A stretch of DNA of 64,000 nucleotides from Desulfovirgula sp. (GCA_020725585.1 DYES01000072.1:921-64920), one strand, 5' to 3'. Counted from the stretch's first letter, positions 38,681-48,543 are shown. Notes: a model not told the origin generated them from the sequence alone. Program-made: numbers and translations.

Positions 38681-39361
38681 TCATTCAGTCACCCCGAACC
38701 GGTAACCCTTTCCCCAAACCGTGACGATGTAGTTCTTGCTCCCGGGGTTTTTAAGTTTTTCCCGTAACTTTTTGATATGTGTGTCTACCGTTCGGGAATC
38801 CCCGGGGTATTCATAACCCCAGACCTGTTCTAATATTTGCTCGCGCGAGTAAACGCGCTGGGGGTGGGAGGCTAAAAACCATAACAGATCAAACTCTTTA
38901 GGGGTGAGTTGGATCTCCTGTCCCCAGGCCTCTACCCGGCAGGCGTTACGGTCGATCAGCAGCCCGGGGTAGCATAAAACGTCATTCTGGCTGCCGGCAA
39001 GCTTTGCGCGACGCAATACCGCCTTCACCCTGGCCACCATTTCGCGGGGGCTGAAAGGCTTGGTGATATAGTCGTCGGCGCCCAGTTCTAAGCCAAAGAC
39101 ACGGTCAAATTCCTCGCCTCTGGCCGTCAGCATGATGATGGGGACTGTCAAGTTTTTTCTGATTTCTTTGCAGACGGTCCAGCCGTCCAGTTTGGGCAGC
39201 ATGAGATCCAAAAGGATCAGGTCGGGGACGAAAGAGCGCAGCATCGCAAGCGCTTTTTCCCCGTCTTCGGCCGTTTCTACTCGGAAACCTTCCCTTCTCA
39301 GATATACGCTTACCAACTCGCGGACAGGCTCTTCGTCTTCGACCACGAGGATGGTCTCCAT
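38681..39361 (-). CDS. OmpR-family response regulator
   Basis: VEDE, LDLMLP, LTA, KPFS; wHTH RTVDTHIKKLR, TVWGKGY. Confidence 0.94.
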   Translation of the reverse strand: METILVVEDEEPVRELVSVYLRREGFRVETAEDGEKALAMLRSFVPDLILLDLMLPKLDGWTVCKEIRKNLTVPIIMLTARGEEFDRVFGLELGADDYITKPFSPREMVARVKAVLRRAKLAGSQNDVLCYPGLLIDRNACRVEAWGQEIQLTPKEFDLLWFLASHPQRVYSREQILEQVWGYEYPGDSRTVDTHIKKLREKLKNPGSKNYIVTVWGKGYRFGVTE

Positions 39362-39669
39362 GGGCGGCTGCTCGCCTCCTGATATATATAGATAATAATT
39401 TTTTTGTTTTTCAGAGTTGAGTAATTTATACCAGGTTTTTGTTACGATTTTGTGAACAAATTCAGATCAAAAAGTGAATAATTTGGTTGACAAACCCAAT
39501 GATGCTTTCTGTTTGGAAATTTTTCATATTTTGTTCACAGGTTGGCAACAATTTCTTGCTACTGTTTAAGGAGGAATTTTAAATTGTCTTTAGGCAGTTT
39601 GGATTAAGTGTGGGAGGCTTTCTGCCCATGATAAACGCTACAACAAAAATAATTCAAAAAAAGTAAGGG

Positions 39670-40287
39670 GTGTTCAATCTGTTTAAAAAATTAGTAATTA
39701 TTGTGCTTATATTTGCTTTTGTAACAAGTGGCGGATGCACTAGCGTTGGCAAAGAAGAGCCCAAAAATAATGGTAAAACTGCTGTTGCAGAAAACGAAAA
39801 GATAGTTCTTCCGGAAGAAAAACCGGAGTTGGTGGGCAGAGTTAAAGATATTGTCGGTAATGAGGTGACTGTATATAAGGTTCAGGCCGATACGCAAACA
39901 GAGCCGGGCGGAGGAAGCCGGAATCTGCCGGACCAAAGTGCAAACCAGAATAATAGAGGGGCCATGATGAGAGCAACTGCGATGAGAGTAACGGATGAAA
40001 CTGAAACGTTTATTATCCCTGTAGGCACTCCCATAGTCACAATCCAAAGGGGTACTGATGAAGTTAAAGCCATTAACTTAACGGAAATAAAAAAAGACCA
40101 GATTTTAAGGATATGGAAGAAAGATGGTTCGGTTGTATTTGTGCAAGTTATGGGCGGCATTGGAGAAAGGGCTGGAAACAGGGGCTCGGGAAACCCAGCC
40201 GAAGGGGCTAGAAGCGGGGAAGGTTTTGGCGGTGCAGGACCGGGTATGGGCGTGAGGGAAGGTCCGGGTGGCATCAGACAGCCATGA
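39670..40287 (+). CDS. Hypothetical lipoprotein with Gly-rich tail
   Basis: Signal peptide ending in SGGC; first gene of the exporter operon. Confidence 0.7.
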   Translation: MFNLFKKLVIIVLIFAFVTSGGCTSVGKEEPKNNGKTAVAENEKIVLPEEKPELVGRVKDIVGNEVTVYKVQADTQTEPGGGSRNLPDQSANQNNRGAMMRATAMRVTDETETFIIPVGTPIVTIQRGTDEVKAINLTEIKKDQILRIWKKDGSVVFVQVMGGIGERAGNRGSGNPAEGARSGEGFGGAGPGMGVREGPGGIRQP

Positions 40288-40973
40288 GCAGTAACCCAAA
40301 GTGCGTTATAGATGCAAAGAATATAGTAAAAATCTACCAAAGTGGGTCGGAAGAACTGAGGGTCCTGGATGATGTGAACCTACAAGTCTATGAAGGAGAG
40401 TTTATGGCAATCTTAGGGCCCTCCGGGTCGGGTAAATCTACCTTGATGAATATACTGGGCTGTTTGGATTTACCAACCTCCGGGCAGTATTATTTAGACG
40501 GTTTGGATATCCTGAAAGCCAAAGAGAATCAATTGGCAGAAATCCGAAACAAAAAAATTGGTTTTGTCTTTCAAAAGTTTAATTTGCTGCCCCGGCTAAC
40601 AGCCGTCCAAAACGTCATGCTTCCGCTATTGTATCGAGGGGTAGACGAAAAGGAAGCAATTAAGTTAGCTAAGGAAAAACTGGATTTGTTAGGGTTGGGG
40701 GACAGGTGCAATCACTTGCCGAACGAGTTATCCGGAGGGCAGCAGCAGCGGGTTGCCATTGCAAGGGCGATAATTGGCAATCCCAACATCCTGTTAGCAG
40801 ATGAGCCCACTGGTAACTTAGATAGCAAATCCGGAAAAGATGCCATAGAAATCTTTAAGAGTCTCAATAAACAAGGAAATACCATAATAGTTATTACTCA
40901 TAACAATGAAGTGGCTGAGCAGGCGAAAAAAATAATCTACTTACGGGATGGTAAAATTTATGAGCATAATTAA
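40284..40973 (+). CDS. ABC transporter ATP-binding protein (MacB/LolD-like)
   Basis: GPSGSGKST, GFVFQ.FNLL, LSGGQQQR, LADEPTGNLD. Confidence 0.94.
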   Translation: MSSNPKCVIDAKNIVKIYQSGSEELRVLDDVNLQVYEGEFMAILGPSGSGKSTLMNILGCLDLPTSGQYYLDGLDILKAKENQLAEIRNKKIGFVFQKFNLLPRLTAVQNVMLPLLYRGVDEKEAIKLAKEKLDLLGLGDRCNHLPNELSGGQQQRVAIARAIIGNPNILLADEPTGNLDSKSGKDAIEIFKSLNKQGNTIIVITHNNEVAEQAKKIIYLRDGKIYEHN

Positions 40974-42123
40974 GAGCTGGTGGTTGAAATTAAGAACAAA
41001 AAAGCGCTTAGGGATGGTTATTCTATTAATTATCCTTTGGGCGGCTGGAACAGGTTTATGGATAAAGAAGAACGGCAGCGAAAAAAGCGCAGAAATCCAA
41101 TATGAGCAAGCAAAGGTTAGAAGAGGCGATATTATTGTTGGCTTTGAATCTGACGGTAATATCGCTTTTTCCAAGGTAAACCTAAGGTTCGGGGTGAAGG
41201 GGACGATATCTGAAATATTGGTGAACGAGGGCAGTAAAGTTAAAAAGGGTGACATTATTGCCAAATTAGACAGCCAGGATTACCAGGACCAGTATCAGCT
41301 GGCTTTAGCGAAGCTAACAGACGCCCAGGAACAAAAAATAACAAATCTTCTTGATGATGAATTGAAGATCAAGAACGCGGAAATTGAGCTGCAAAAACTA
41401 AAAGACACGTACAGAGAAATGGAAGCTTTGCCCGATGCGTACTCGCCAAACGAATTAAAGATGAAAAAAATGGAGCTGGAAAATAAAGAAATAGAATATA
41501 AGAACATGTTAAGAAAATTTGAATTACAGCAGAACAAAGAATTGAACCAGGAAGAACTGGCGGTTAAAATGGCCAAAGAAAACTTGGAAGATACAATTTT
41601 GTACTCTCCAGTTTCAGGCACCATATTAACTTTGTCAAACAAAGTAGGGGAAAGTATTTCTGATGAGAAGGATTTTGCTGTAATTCATGAAAACGATGCG
41701 ATAAAGGCGATAACGAAGGTAATAGAGTATGATGTTGGCCAGATTAAAGTGGGGCAAAAAGTATACGTGACCGTGGAGGCCCTTCCGGATCAAAAATTTG
41801 TGGGTGAAGTATGCAAGGTAAACTCCTTGCCGCTGGCTGATTCTACGGGTCTGGTGAATTATTCGGTAGAGATTGATATTAAAGATCCCGGTCCGGAGCT
41901 AAAAGATGGTATGAGTTGCACAGTCTCTTTTGTGGTAAAAGAGGTGAAAGATTGCTTAATTGTGCCTTATAAGGCTGTTAAAATTATTAACCAAAAACAG
42001 TTCGTAACTGTTATTGATGAGGATGGTCAAACGACAGAAAGAGAAATAAAAACGGGATTTACCGATGGGAACAGTGTAGAAGTTTTGGAAGGTCTGAAAG
42101 TAAACGAAACTGTGGTTTTTTAA
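40948..42123 (+). CDS. MacA/HlyD-like adaptor (membrane fusion) protein
   Basis: N-terminal TM, lipoyl halves (V.EG..VKKGD, SPVSG), alpha hairpin, VEVLEGL. Confidence 0.9.
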   Translation: MVKFMSIIKSWWLKLRTKKRLGMVILLIILWAAGTGLWIKKNGSEKSAEIQYEQAKVRRGDIIVGFESDGNIAFSKVNLRFGVKGTISEILVNEGSKVKKGDIIAKLDSQDYQDQYQLALAKLTDAQEQKITNLLDDELKIKNAEIELQKLKDTYREMEALPDAYSPNELKMKKMELENKEIEYKNMLRKFELQQNKELNQEELAVKMAKENLEDTILYSPVSGTILTLSNKVGESISDEKDFAVIHENDAIKAITKVIEYDVGQIKVGQKVYVTVEALPDQKFVGEVCKVNSLPLADSTGLVNYSVEIDIKDPGPELKDGMSCTVSFVVKEVKDCLIVPYKAVKIINQKQFVTVIDEDGQTTEREIKTGFTDGNSVEVLEGLKVNETVVF

Positions 42124-42141
42124 AAAAAAGAAGGTGATTTT

Positions 42142-43317
42142 TTGCAGCTAAAGCAGCTTTTGAAGATAATCTTAATAAACATTTACCATAACAAAATGCG
42201 GACCTTCCTGACTACATTGGGGGTAATCGTCGGCACCGCCACTATTTTTCTCGTCGTATCGATCGGCAAAGGCGGAGAGGCTAAGGTTAATGAGCAGTAT
42301 TCCAGGCTGAATGTAGGAACCATAATTGTTGCCCCGGCCCAGAGGGGAAGAGTTGTCGACCCGTTAACAGAAAAAGACGCGCAGATGTTCGAGAAAAGCG
42401 GCAATATTGCCCATGCCTTTCCTGTATTACGGGGGTCCGGGGATATAAACTATGGTAATTTTTCCTTTCGGGGTAACTTTTCAGCAATACTTCCGAAGTT
42501 TCAGGCGAGTAATAACCTAACTGTTCAATATGGCAGAGCCCTTGCGGATGAAGACGAGACCAAAAAAAATAAATGCGCAGTTCTAGGAGCGGAATTGGCA
42601 AACACACTTACGGACGGCAATCCTTCTAGGATAGTCGGGGAAAATATTAGCATCAATGGTCGAAGATTTGAGGTAATCGGAATCTATAACCGGGTGGGAG
42701 ATTCAAGTTACGACGAATCAGCTTTTATTGTTTACTCCGTGGGAAAAAAATATTTGTTGGGAACCAGGGCAAACCCAACGATTATAGTGCAGGCTACGGG
42801 TATAAAAACAGTTCAATCAGCTATCGAAGATATTAAAGCTGTTCTTGACGAGACTCATCGCCTGGGAGGTTCAGAGCAATTCCGTGTTTTGGACGCAGGA
42901 AGCAGGCTGTTAGCCGCGCAGGAATCAGCCCGGACTATGTCCCTCCTTTTGCTGGCCGTCGCGATAGTCGTCTTAATTGTAAGTGGCATTGGCATTATGA
43001 ACGTAATGTTCGTGACAGTAAAAGAACGGACCAGGGAAATCGGAATATTAAAGGCAATTGGCGCCAAAAAGAAAGATATATTAAGTCAGTTTTTAATAGA
43101 GGCCGTTATTATCAGCCTGGCAGGCGGAGTAATTGGCGTTATAGCCGGCTTTTTTTCCATACCTGTTTTAAAATATTTCGAGCTTCCATCCCTTCCATCA
43201 ATAAACGGGGTTTTATTAGGGTTAATATTTTCCGTGTTAACGGGGATATTTTTCGGGTTTTATCCGGCCTGGAAAGCCGCTGACTTGAACCCGATCGAAG
43301 CGTTAAGATATGAGTAA
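42142..43317 (+). CDS. MacB/FtsX-family ABC permease
   Basis: RTFLT.LG.I.G, GIGIMN.M.V.V.ERTREIG..KAIGA, YPAWKAA.LNPIEALRYE. Confidence 0.93.
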   Translation: MQLKQLLKIILINIYHNKMRTFLTTLGVIVGTATIFLVVSIGKGGEAKVNEQYSRLNVGTIIVAPAQRGRVVDPLTEKDAQMFEKSGNIAHAFPVLRGSGDINYGNFSFRGNFSAILPKFQASNNLTVQYGRALADEDETKKNKCAVLGAELANTLTDGNPSRIVGENISINGRRFEVIGIYNRVGDSSYDESAFIVYSVGKKYLLGTRANPTIIVQATGIKTVQSAIEDIKAVLDETHRLGGSEQFRVLDAGSRLLAAQESARTMSLLLLAVAIVVLIVSGIGIMNVMFVTVKERTREIGILKAIGAKKKDILSQFLIEAVIISLAGGVIGVIAGFFSIPVLKYFELPSLPSINGVLLGLIFSVLTGIFFGFYPAWKAADLNPIEALRYE

Positions 43318-43331
43318 AAGGGGATAAAAAA

Positions 43332-44543
43332 ATGAATAAAAAGCTAATCTTATTACTAACCATGCTGATTGTCCTGAGCTTCTGTGCAACTGGACATGCT
43401 TCTGAGGATAATGTTATTACGTTAGACCAGGCCAGGATGCTTGCCAATTCAAACAGCCGCAACTTAGCCAAATATGATCTAAAAGTGAAAAAGGCGCAAT
43501 ATCAGCTGTACCAGTTGGAGGCTCAGCGCAACGATATTTACTACCAATCAAACTATTTGTTTAACCGATACAATAGCTTATACGAAAAGTACTACTCACT
43601 CCAGGAACAATTAAACCAGGGTGACGAAAGCGTTGTTCCCCAGATGGATGAAATAATGGAAGAAATCCAAAATATTGAAAGAGAAATGGAAACACAGTCC
43701 GAAAAGATAAGCGCACTGGAAGACAGTATAGAAAGCGCCGAAATGAATTACGATGAAAGTACCGTAAACAAGAATAACTTCGAGAAGCAACTGCAATTCG
43801 AAGTTGATCGACTTTACGTAACAATATTAAATCAGGAAGATGCTCTTCTAACGGCAGGCAAGGAATACGAATTAAAGCTTAATTTGTTAAATGTGGAAAA
43901 AACCAGATTAAATCTGGGCAGCAGCAGCCTGCAGAAAGTAGACCAAATGGCCGCAGAGGTAGCCGATCAGAAAAAAAGAATAGTGGAGCAAACTCACTTA
44001 ATTAAAACCCTGAAAGGTAAATTGAATGTCATGATGGGGAGGGGTTATGACGATGAATTAAAATTGGTCCCTTTTAACGTACCGGACGCCGTTGAGGTGC
44101 CTAAATATGATCAATTATTGTCAAACGCTTTTCAAAAATATAATGTTCTAAAAAAGCTGCAAAACGAAATAGAGCAGGACGAAGATGAGTTAGAAGATGA
44201 GAATGATTATTATCAAAGTATATTGTTGGGTCTCCAGATTGAAGAGAAAAAGTTACAGCTAGAAGATGAAGAGATAAAATTAAAGGAAATGGTTTACAAT
44301 CTATTGGCAGACCTGGAAGCAAAGCAAGAAGACTATTGTTTATCTATAATCAATTATGAAAATGCCAAAAAGGCGTTTGAGTGGGATAAAAAGAGGTTTG
44401 AAATGGGCCATATTTCTAAACTTTCCCTTATGAAAAGTGAATTAAGCTATCTGAATGCAAAAAACAAGAAAACTTCATCAGGATATGCATTTTATTTAGC
44501 TGAACGTACTTTAAGGCTGGCTGAAGAGGGTATATTTGTGTAG
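43332..44543 (+). CDS. Secreted TolC/OEP-like coiled-coil protein
   Basis: Signal peptide, ITLDQA...A..NS, repeated R...G..S motifs typical of TolC-like helical repeats. Confidence 0.65.
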   Translation: MNKKLILLLTMLIVLSFCATGHASEDNVITLDQARMLANSNSRNLAKYDLKVKKAQYQLYQLEAQRNDIYYQSNYLFNRYNSLYEKYYSLQEQLNQGDESVVPQMDEIMEEIQNIEREMETQSEKISALEDSIESAEMNYDESTVNKNNFEKQLQFEVDRLYVTILNQEDALLTAGKEYELKLNLLNVEKTRLNLGSSSLQKVDQMAAEVADQKKRIVEQTHLIKTLKGKLNVMMGRGYDDELKLVPFNVPDAVEVPKYDQLLSNAFQKYNVLKKLQNEIEQDEDELEDENDYYQSILLGLQIEEKKLQLEDEEIKLKEMVYNLLADLEAKQEDYCLSIINYENAKKAFEWDKKRFEMGHISKLSLMKSELSYLNAKNKKTSSGYAFYLAERTLRLAEEGIFV

Positions 44544-44545
44544 TT

Positions 44546-44614
44546 GAAAACAGGGCCATGGAACCCATCATCACCCTTGATGCGGTTATCCTGGGCAAAG
44601 TGGAAGGCCCGTGA
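44546..44614 (+). pseudogene. lexA: C-terminal remnant of a LexA/S24-family gene
   Basis: Manual translation ENRAMEPIITLDAVILGKVEG matches the LexA C-terminal pattern EN..MEPII....V.ILGKV.G. Confidence 0.7.
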
Positions 44615-45052
44615 TTGTCGGCGGCGACCCGGCAAAGCGCCACGGGGTGGTGCTGGCCGCCAGCTACGAGGCCAAGGCCAAAGGGGTCAAGACCGGGATA
44701 ACCGTCTACGAAGCCCAAAGGCTTTGCCCAGGAGCAGTCTATTTTCAGCCCCAGCATCACCTCTACGTCCACTTTTCCGCCCGCATCCTGCGCATCCTGC
44801 GCATCATGCGCAGCTTCACTCCCTTAGGCGAGCCCTTTTCCATCGACGAGGCCTTTTTAGACATGACCGGCTGCGAAAAACTTTTCGGTTCCCGGTCTGG
44901 CCGCCCGCCGCGCTGAACAACTAACCCTCTTTGGAGAAAGAGAAAAGCTAAAAAACAGCGGGAAGGCCTGTGATTTGATCCGCAGCAGGTTTGGATCCAA
45001 GGCCATTTTCCGGGCCGTTTCGCTCACGAAGGCGGGTGTCTACCATGCGTGA
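44602..45052 (+). pseudogene. dinB: Y-family DNA polymerase (DinB/UvrX-like), 5'-truncated and internally deleted
   Basis: 44602-44890 GRPVIVGGDP..RHGVVLAASYEAK..GVKTG...SIDEAFLD; 44918-45052 in another frame QLTLF...ACDLIRSRFGSKAIFRA. Confidence 0.88.
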
Positions 45053-45356
45053 CAACAAGCTGTGGGAGAGCCGCCGGCTGATCCTGCCGGAGATGAGGGA
45101 AAAAGCGGTTAAGTGCTGCCGCGACTACCGGTTTTTCGTAAAGATCAGGGGTAGGGAAGAGGAGCGGTGGGGGTGCGTGGTGGGAATTCCGGCGTACGGC
45201 ACGCTAAAGAAAAGGGTGCCGAAGGTGATACAGGCAGCAGATATTTTAAAAACGGCAGGGAAGGGCGGTTTGAAAAAAATCTTGGCCTGCAGCGACCCGG
45301 ACGCGTAGGCGTGCGGGCTGTATCTGAAAAGTTTCCCGCCGCCCCGGGCAAAATAA
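45045..45356 (+). pseudogene. Protein with YolD-like N-terminal motif and Cys-containing C-terminus; probable premature stop at 45306
   Basis: MRDNKLWESRRLILPE resembles YolD-family N-termini; start overlaps the dinB stop; reading through TAG gives ACGLYLK. Confidence 0.55.
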
Positions 45357-45504
45357 GCTGCTGGAATCACGGCAGGAAAAAATGGCGGGCAAGGAGAATA
45401 ACAAATGTGTAAAGCTCGCATGGCGGGGAAAGTTTTTTGCGCCGTTCCTCCGCATAGGCTCATTTCCATTGCATAATACTAAAGTGGGAAGGAGCGAAAA
45501 GCCA

Positions 45505-46854
45505 GTGATTCAGGAAAGCGATTTTTTGAGCCTGGGCAGTTTTGTCTGCGAACGGGCCAGGCGCTGCGGAGCGGCAGAGGTCGAAGCCTACCTTTCCGAG
45601 AACAAAGAGATCGCGATCGAAGTGCGCAACCAAGAGGTGGAAACAATGAAGCTGGCCCGGGAACAGGGTCTGGGCCTGCGCGTGATTGTAGCGCACAAAG
45701 TGGGCTTTGCCTTTACTTCTGATTTGAGTAAAGAAGCCCTGGAGGAAATTGTTCGGCAGGCGCTGGCCAACGCCCGGGAGGTTGCCGAAGACCCGTTCCG
45801 CCGGCTGCCCCCTCCCTCTCCCCAATATCCGAACCTCGCTCTTGATGATCCCGCCATCCCGGATACCCCCCTGGAGGAGAAGATAAAACTGGCCAAAACG
45901 CTGGAGGAATCGGGAAAGACTTTCGACCCCCGGGTAAAAATCTGCGAGCGTTCGGCTTACGAGGACGTTCAAACCAGGATCGCCCTGGTGAATACTTTAG
46001 GCCTGGCTAGCATCTACCAGGCGACTTACTGCGGCCTTTACCTCTCCCTGGTGGCGGAAGAAAACGGCGACCAGCAGACAGGCTTTGCCGTTCAACACAG
46101 CTTGCGCTTTCACGATTTAAACCCCTGGGAGCTGGGGCGCGAAGCTGCCGGGCGGGCGGTCCGAATGCTGGGCGCAAAACCGGTAACCACCCGGAAAATT
46201 CCGGTAATCCTGGACCCTTACGTGGCGGTGGGTTTCTTAAATCTGTTGGCGCCGGGCCTCACCGCGGAAGCCGTTCAAAAGGGCCGCTCTCTGTTTAGGG
46301 GAAAAGTGGGGCGGCAAGTCGCCGCGCAGAAAATAACCCTGGTTGACGACGGTATTTTGCCGAACGGAATTGCCTCCGCTCCATTTGACGGCGAAGGAAG
46401 CCCGATGTCCCGCACCGTGTTAATCCAGGAGGGGGTTCTGCAGGGGTTTTTGCATAACACGTATACGGCTGCGAAGGATAACACTCTTTCAACCGGGAAC
46501 GGCGTCCGCACCTCCTATAAAAGCACTCCGGAAGTGGGCACCACGAACTTTTTTATCGAGCCGGGCAACGTTTCTCCGGGTGAGTTAATCAGCGAGTTGC
46601 AGGAAGGTTTTTACGTTACGGATGTCATCGGCATGCATACCGCCAACCCCATCTCGGGAGATTTTTCCGTTGGCGCGACAGGAATTTTAATTGAAAACGG
46701 CGAATTAACCCGTCCGGTGAGGGGGGTGGCGATAGCCGGGAACATTCAGGAGATGCTTCACCAGGCGGACGGTGTGGGGAACGACCTGAGATTTTTCGGC
46801 AGCTACGGTTCGCCCACCATCCGGATCGCCCGGCTGTCTGTCAGCGGACACTAA
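45505..46854 (+). CDS. pmbA: TldE/PmbA family protein
   Basis: GLGLRV, FDGEG, TGNG.R, HTANPISGDFS.G, IAGN, SPT; lacks HExxxH; GTG start behind AAGGAG (track start 45382). Confidence 0.92.
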   Translation: MIQESDFLSLGSFVCERARRCGAAEVEAYLSENKEIAIEVRNQEVETMKLAREQGLGLRVIVAHKVGFAFTSDLSKEALEEIVRQALANAREVAEDPFRRLPPPSPQYPNLALDDPAIPDTPLEEKIKLAKTLEESGKTFDPRVKICERSAYEDVQTRIALVNTLGLASIYQATYCGLYLSLVAEENGDQQTGFAVQHSLRFHDLNPWELGREAAGRAVRMLGAKPVTTRKIPVILDPYVAVGFLNLLAPGLTAEAVQKGRSLFRGKVGRQVAAQKITLVDDGILPNGIASAPFDGEGSPMSRTVLIQEGVLQGFLHNTYTAAKDNTLSTGNGVRTSYKSTPEVGTTNFFIEPGNVSPGELISELQEGFYVTDVIGMHTANPISGDFSVGATGILIENGELTRPVRGVAIAGNIQEMLHQADGVGNDLRFFGSYGSPTIRIARLSVSGH

Positions 46855-46950
46855 AGATTAGTCGGCAATCTGGGAGGTGGTATATTTTTTGATTCTTAAC
46901 TTGCAGGCGCGAGGAGCGCCGCGGTGATTTGGCGAGAGGTGAGGAATCCT

Positions 46951-47412
46951 TTGCGTGTCCTTGTTTTGCATGGTCCAAACTTAAATCTCCTGGGCCGGCG
47001 CGAGCCGGATGTTTACGGTTCGCTTACTTTGGAGGAAATTAACACTTCTCTCCAAAATCTGGCTGCAGAGCTGAATATCCAGGTAGAGTTTTATCAATCA
47101 AATCATGAAGGAGAACTGATAGATCGACTGCATCAGGCGCAGGATAACGTGGCCGCCGTAATTTTTAACCCCGGCGCTTTTACGCATTACAGCCTGGCCC
47201 TGCGCGACGCGGTGGCGGCCGTATCGGTGCCGGTCATCGAAGTGCATCTTTCCAATGTTTATGCGCGGGAAGGGTTCCGGCGCCATTCGGTCATTGCTCC
47301 GGTGGCGGCCGGACAGATCAGCGGGCTGGGCCTGGACAGCTACCTGCTTGCACTCCGGGCGGCGGTAAACCTGGCGGAAAAGAGGAGAAGGCAGCTTGGC
47401 GGGAAGGATTGA
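46951..47412 (+). CDS. aroQ: Type II 3-dehydroquinate dehydratase
   Basis: HGPNLNLLG.REP..YG, QSNHEG, NPGAFTHYS, EVHLSN. Confidence 0.96.
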   Translation: MRVLVLHGPNLNLLGRREPDVYGSLTLEEINTSLQNLAAELNIQVEFYQSNHEGELIDRLHQAQDNVAAVIFNPGAFTHYSLALRDAVAAVSVPVIEVHLSNVYAREGFRRHSVIAPVAAGQISGLGLDSYLLALRAAVNLAEKRRRQLGGKD

Positions 47413-48472
47413 ACGCCTCCGGGAGCAATTAAAGGAGCGGGGCGTGGAGGCAATTTTCGTTACGCAGCCGGAAAACCGCCGGTATTTAAGCGGGTTTACA
47501 GGCACCGCCGGAGCTCTTTTGATTACCAGGCAGGAATGTTATTTGCTTACTGATTTCCGTTATCTCGAGCAGGCGGCCGGCGAATGCCCGGGATGGAATA
47601 TTTACGAAGTTAAGGAGTCTACCTTTGCCTCCCTGGCGGAACTCCTCGGACAACTGAAGGTGAACAGCCTGGCCTGCGAAGGCGGCTTTCTGACTTATAA
47701 ACAATTTATCGACCTCCAGGAAAAGTTGCCGGAAGCTGTAAAGATTATCCCGGGATATGATTGGATAGAGGAACTGAGAAAAATAAAGGAGCCGGCGGAA
47801 ATAGAAAATTTGCGTAGAGCGGCCGAACTGGCCGATCATGCCTTCTGGCATATTCTGGATTTTATCCGTCCGGGCGTGCGGGAGGAAGACGTGGCTTTAG
47901 AGCTGGAATTTTTCTTGCGCAAAAGAGGCGCCCGAAAAATTTCCTTTGAGATCATCGTGGCTTCTGGTCCCCGGGGCGCAATGCCGCACGGGACGGCTTC
48001 GGATAAGATGTTGCAGGCGGGGGAGCTTGTGACCATCGATTATGGCTGCGAGTACCAGGGATATTATTCTGATTTAACCCGTACTGTTTCCCTGGGACCG
48101 CCTAGCCGCGAGCAGGAAAAAATTTACGCGATTGTGCTGGAAGCGCAAGTCGCGGGCCTTGCCGCGCTCAAAGCGGGCGTTGGGGCCTGCGCCGTCGACC
48201 AGGCGGTGAGGGAAGTAATCGAAAAATACGGTTACGGGGAAAATTTCCGGCACAGTACGGGCCATGGCGTAGGGCTGGTGGTTCACGAAGCCCCCCGGCT
48301 TTCCAAAAAGGAAGAAACCGTTTTGCAGGCCGGGATGGTGGTCACCGTAGAGCCGGGGATTTATTTGCCGGGATGGGGCGGCGTCCGCATCGAAGACATG
48401 GCCGTGGTGGAAGAAGAGGGCTGCCGGCTGCTCACCCACGCGCCCAAAGATGAATTGATCGTTTGCGGCTAA
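47396..48472 (+). CDS. Xaa-Pro aminopeptidase (M24B)
   Basis: YLSGFTG, DYG...[30 protein letters not shown]. Confidence 0.94.
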   Translation: MAGRIERLREQLKERGVEAIFVTQPENRRYLSGFTGTAGALLITRQECYLLTDFRYLEQAAGECPGWNIYEVKESTFASLAELLGQLKVNSLACEGGFLTYKQFIDLQEKLPEAVKIIPGYDWIEELRKIKEPAEIENLRRAAELADHAFWHILDFIRPGVREEDVALELEFFLRKRGARKISFEIIVASGPRGAMPHGTASDKMLQAGELVTIDYGCEYQGYYSDLTRTVSLGPPSREQEKIYAIVLEAQVAGLAALKAGVGACAVDQAVREVIEKYGYGENFRHSTGHGVGLVVHEAPRLSKKEETVLQAGMVVTVEPGIYLPGWGGVRIEDMAVVEEEGCRLLTHAPKDELIVCG

Positions 48473-48543
48473 AAAACGGCGGACTGCAATCAGCCCGCCT
48501 GGAAAAGTTCACATCAACCTTATTTTTTGGGGGGGTTTTTAAC

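Noticed and set aside
39450..39467. Rex-like operator TTGTGAACAAATTCAGAT
   Set aside because: Two mismatches in one half-site, and better explained as part of 11-bp-spaced OmpR-type repeats.
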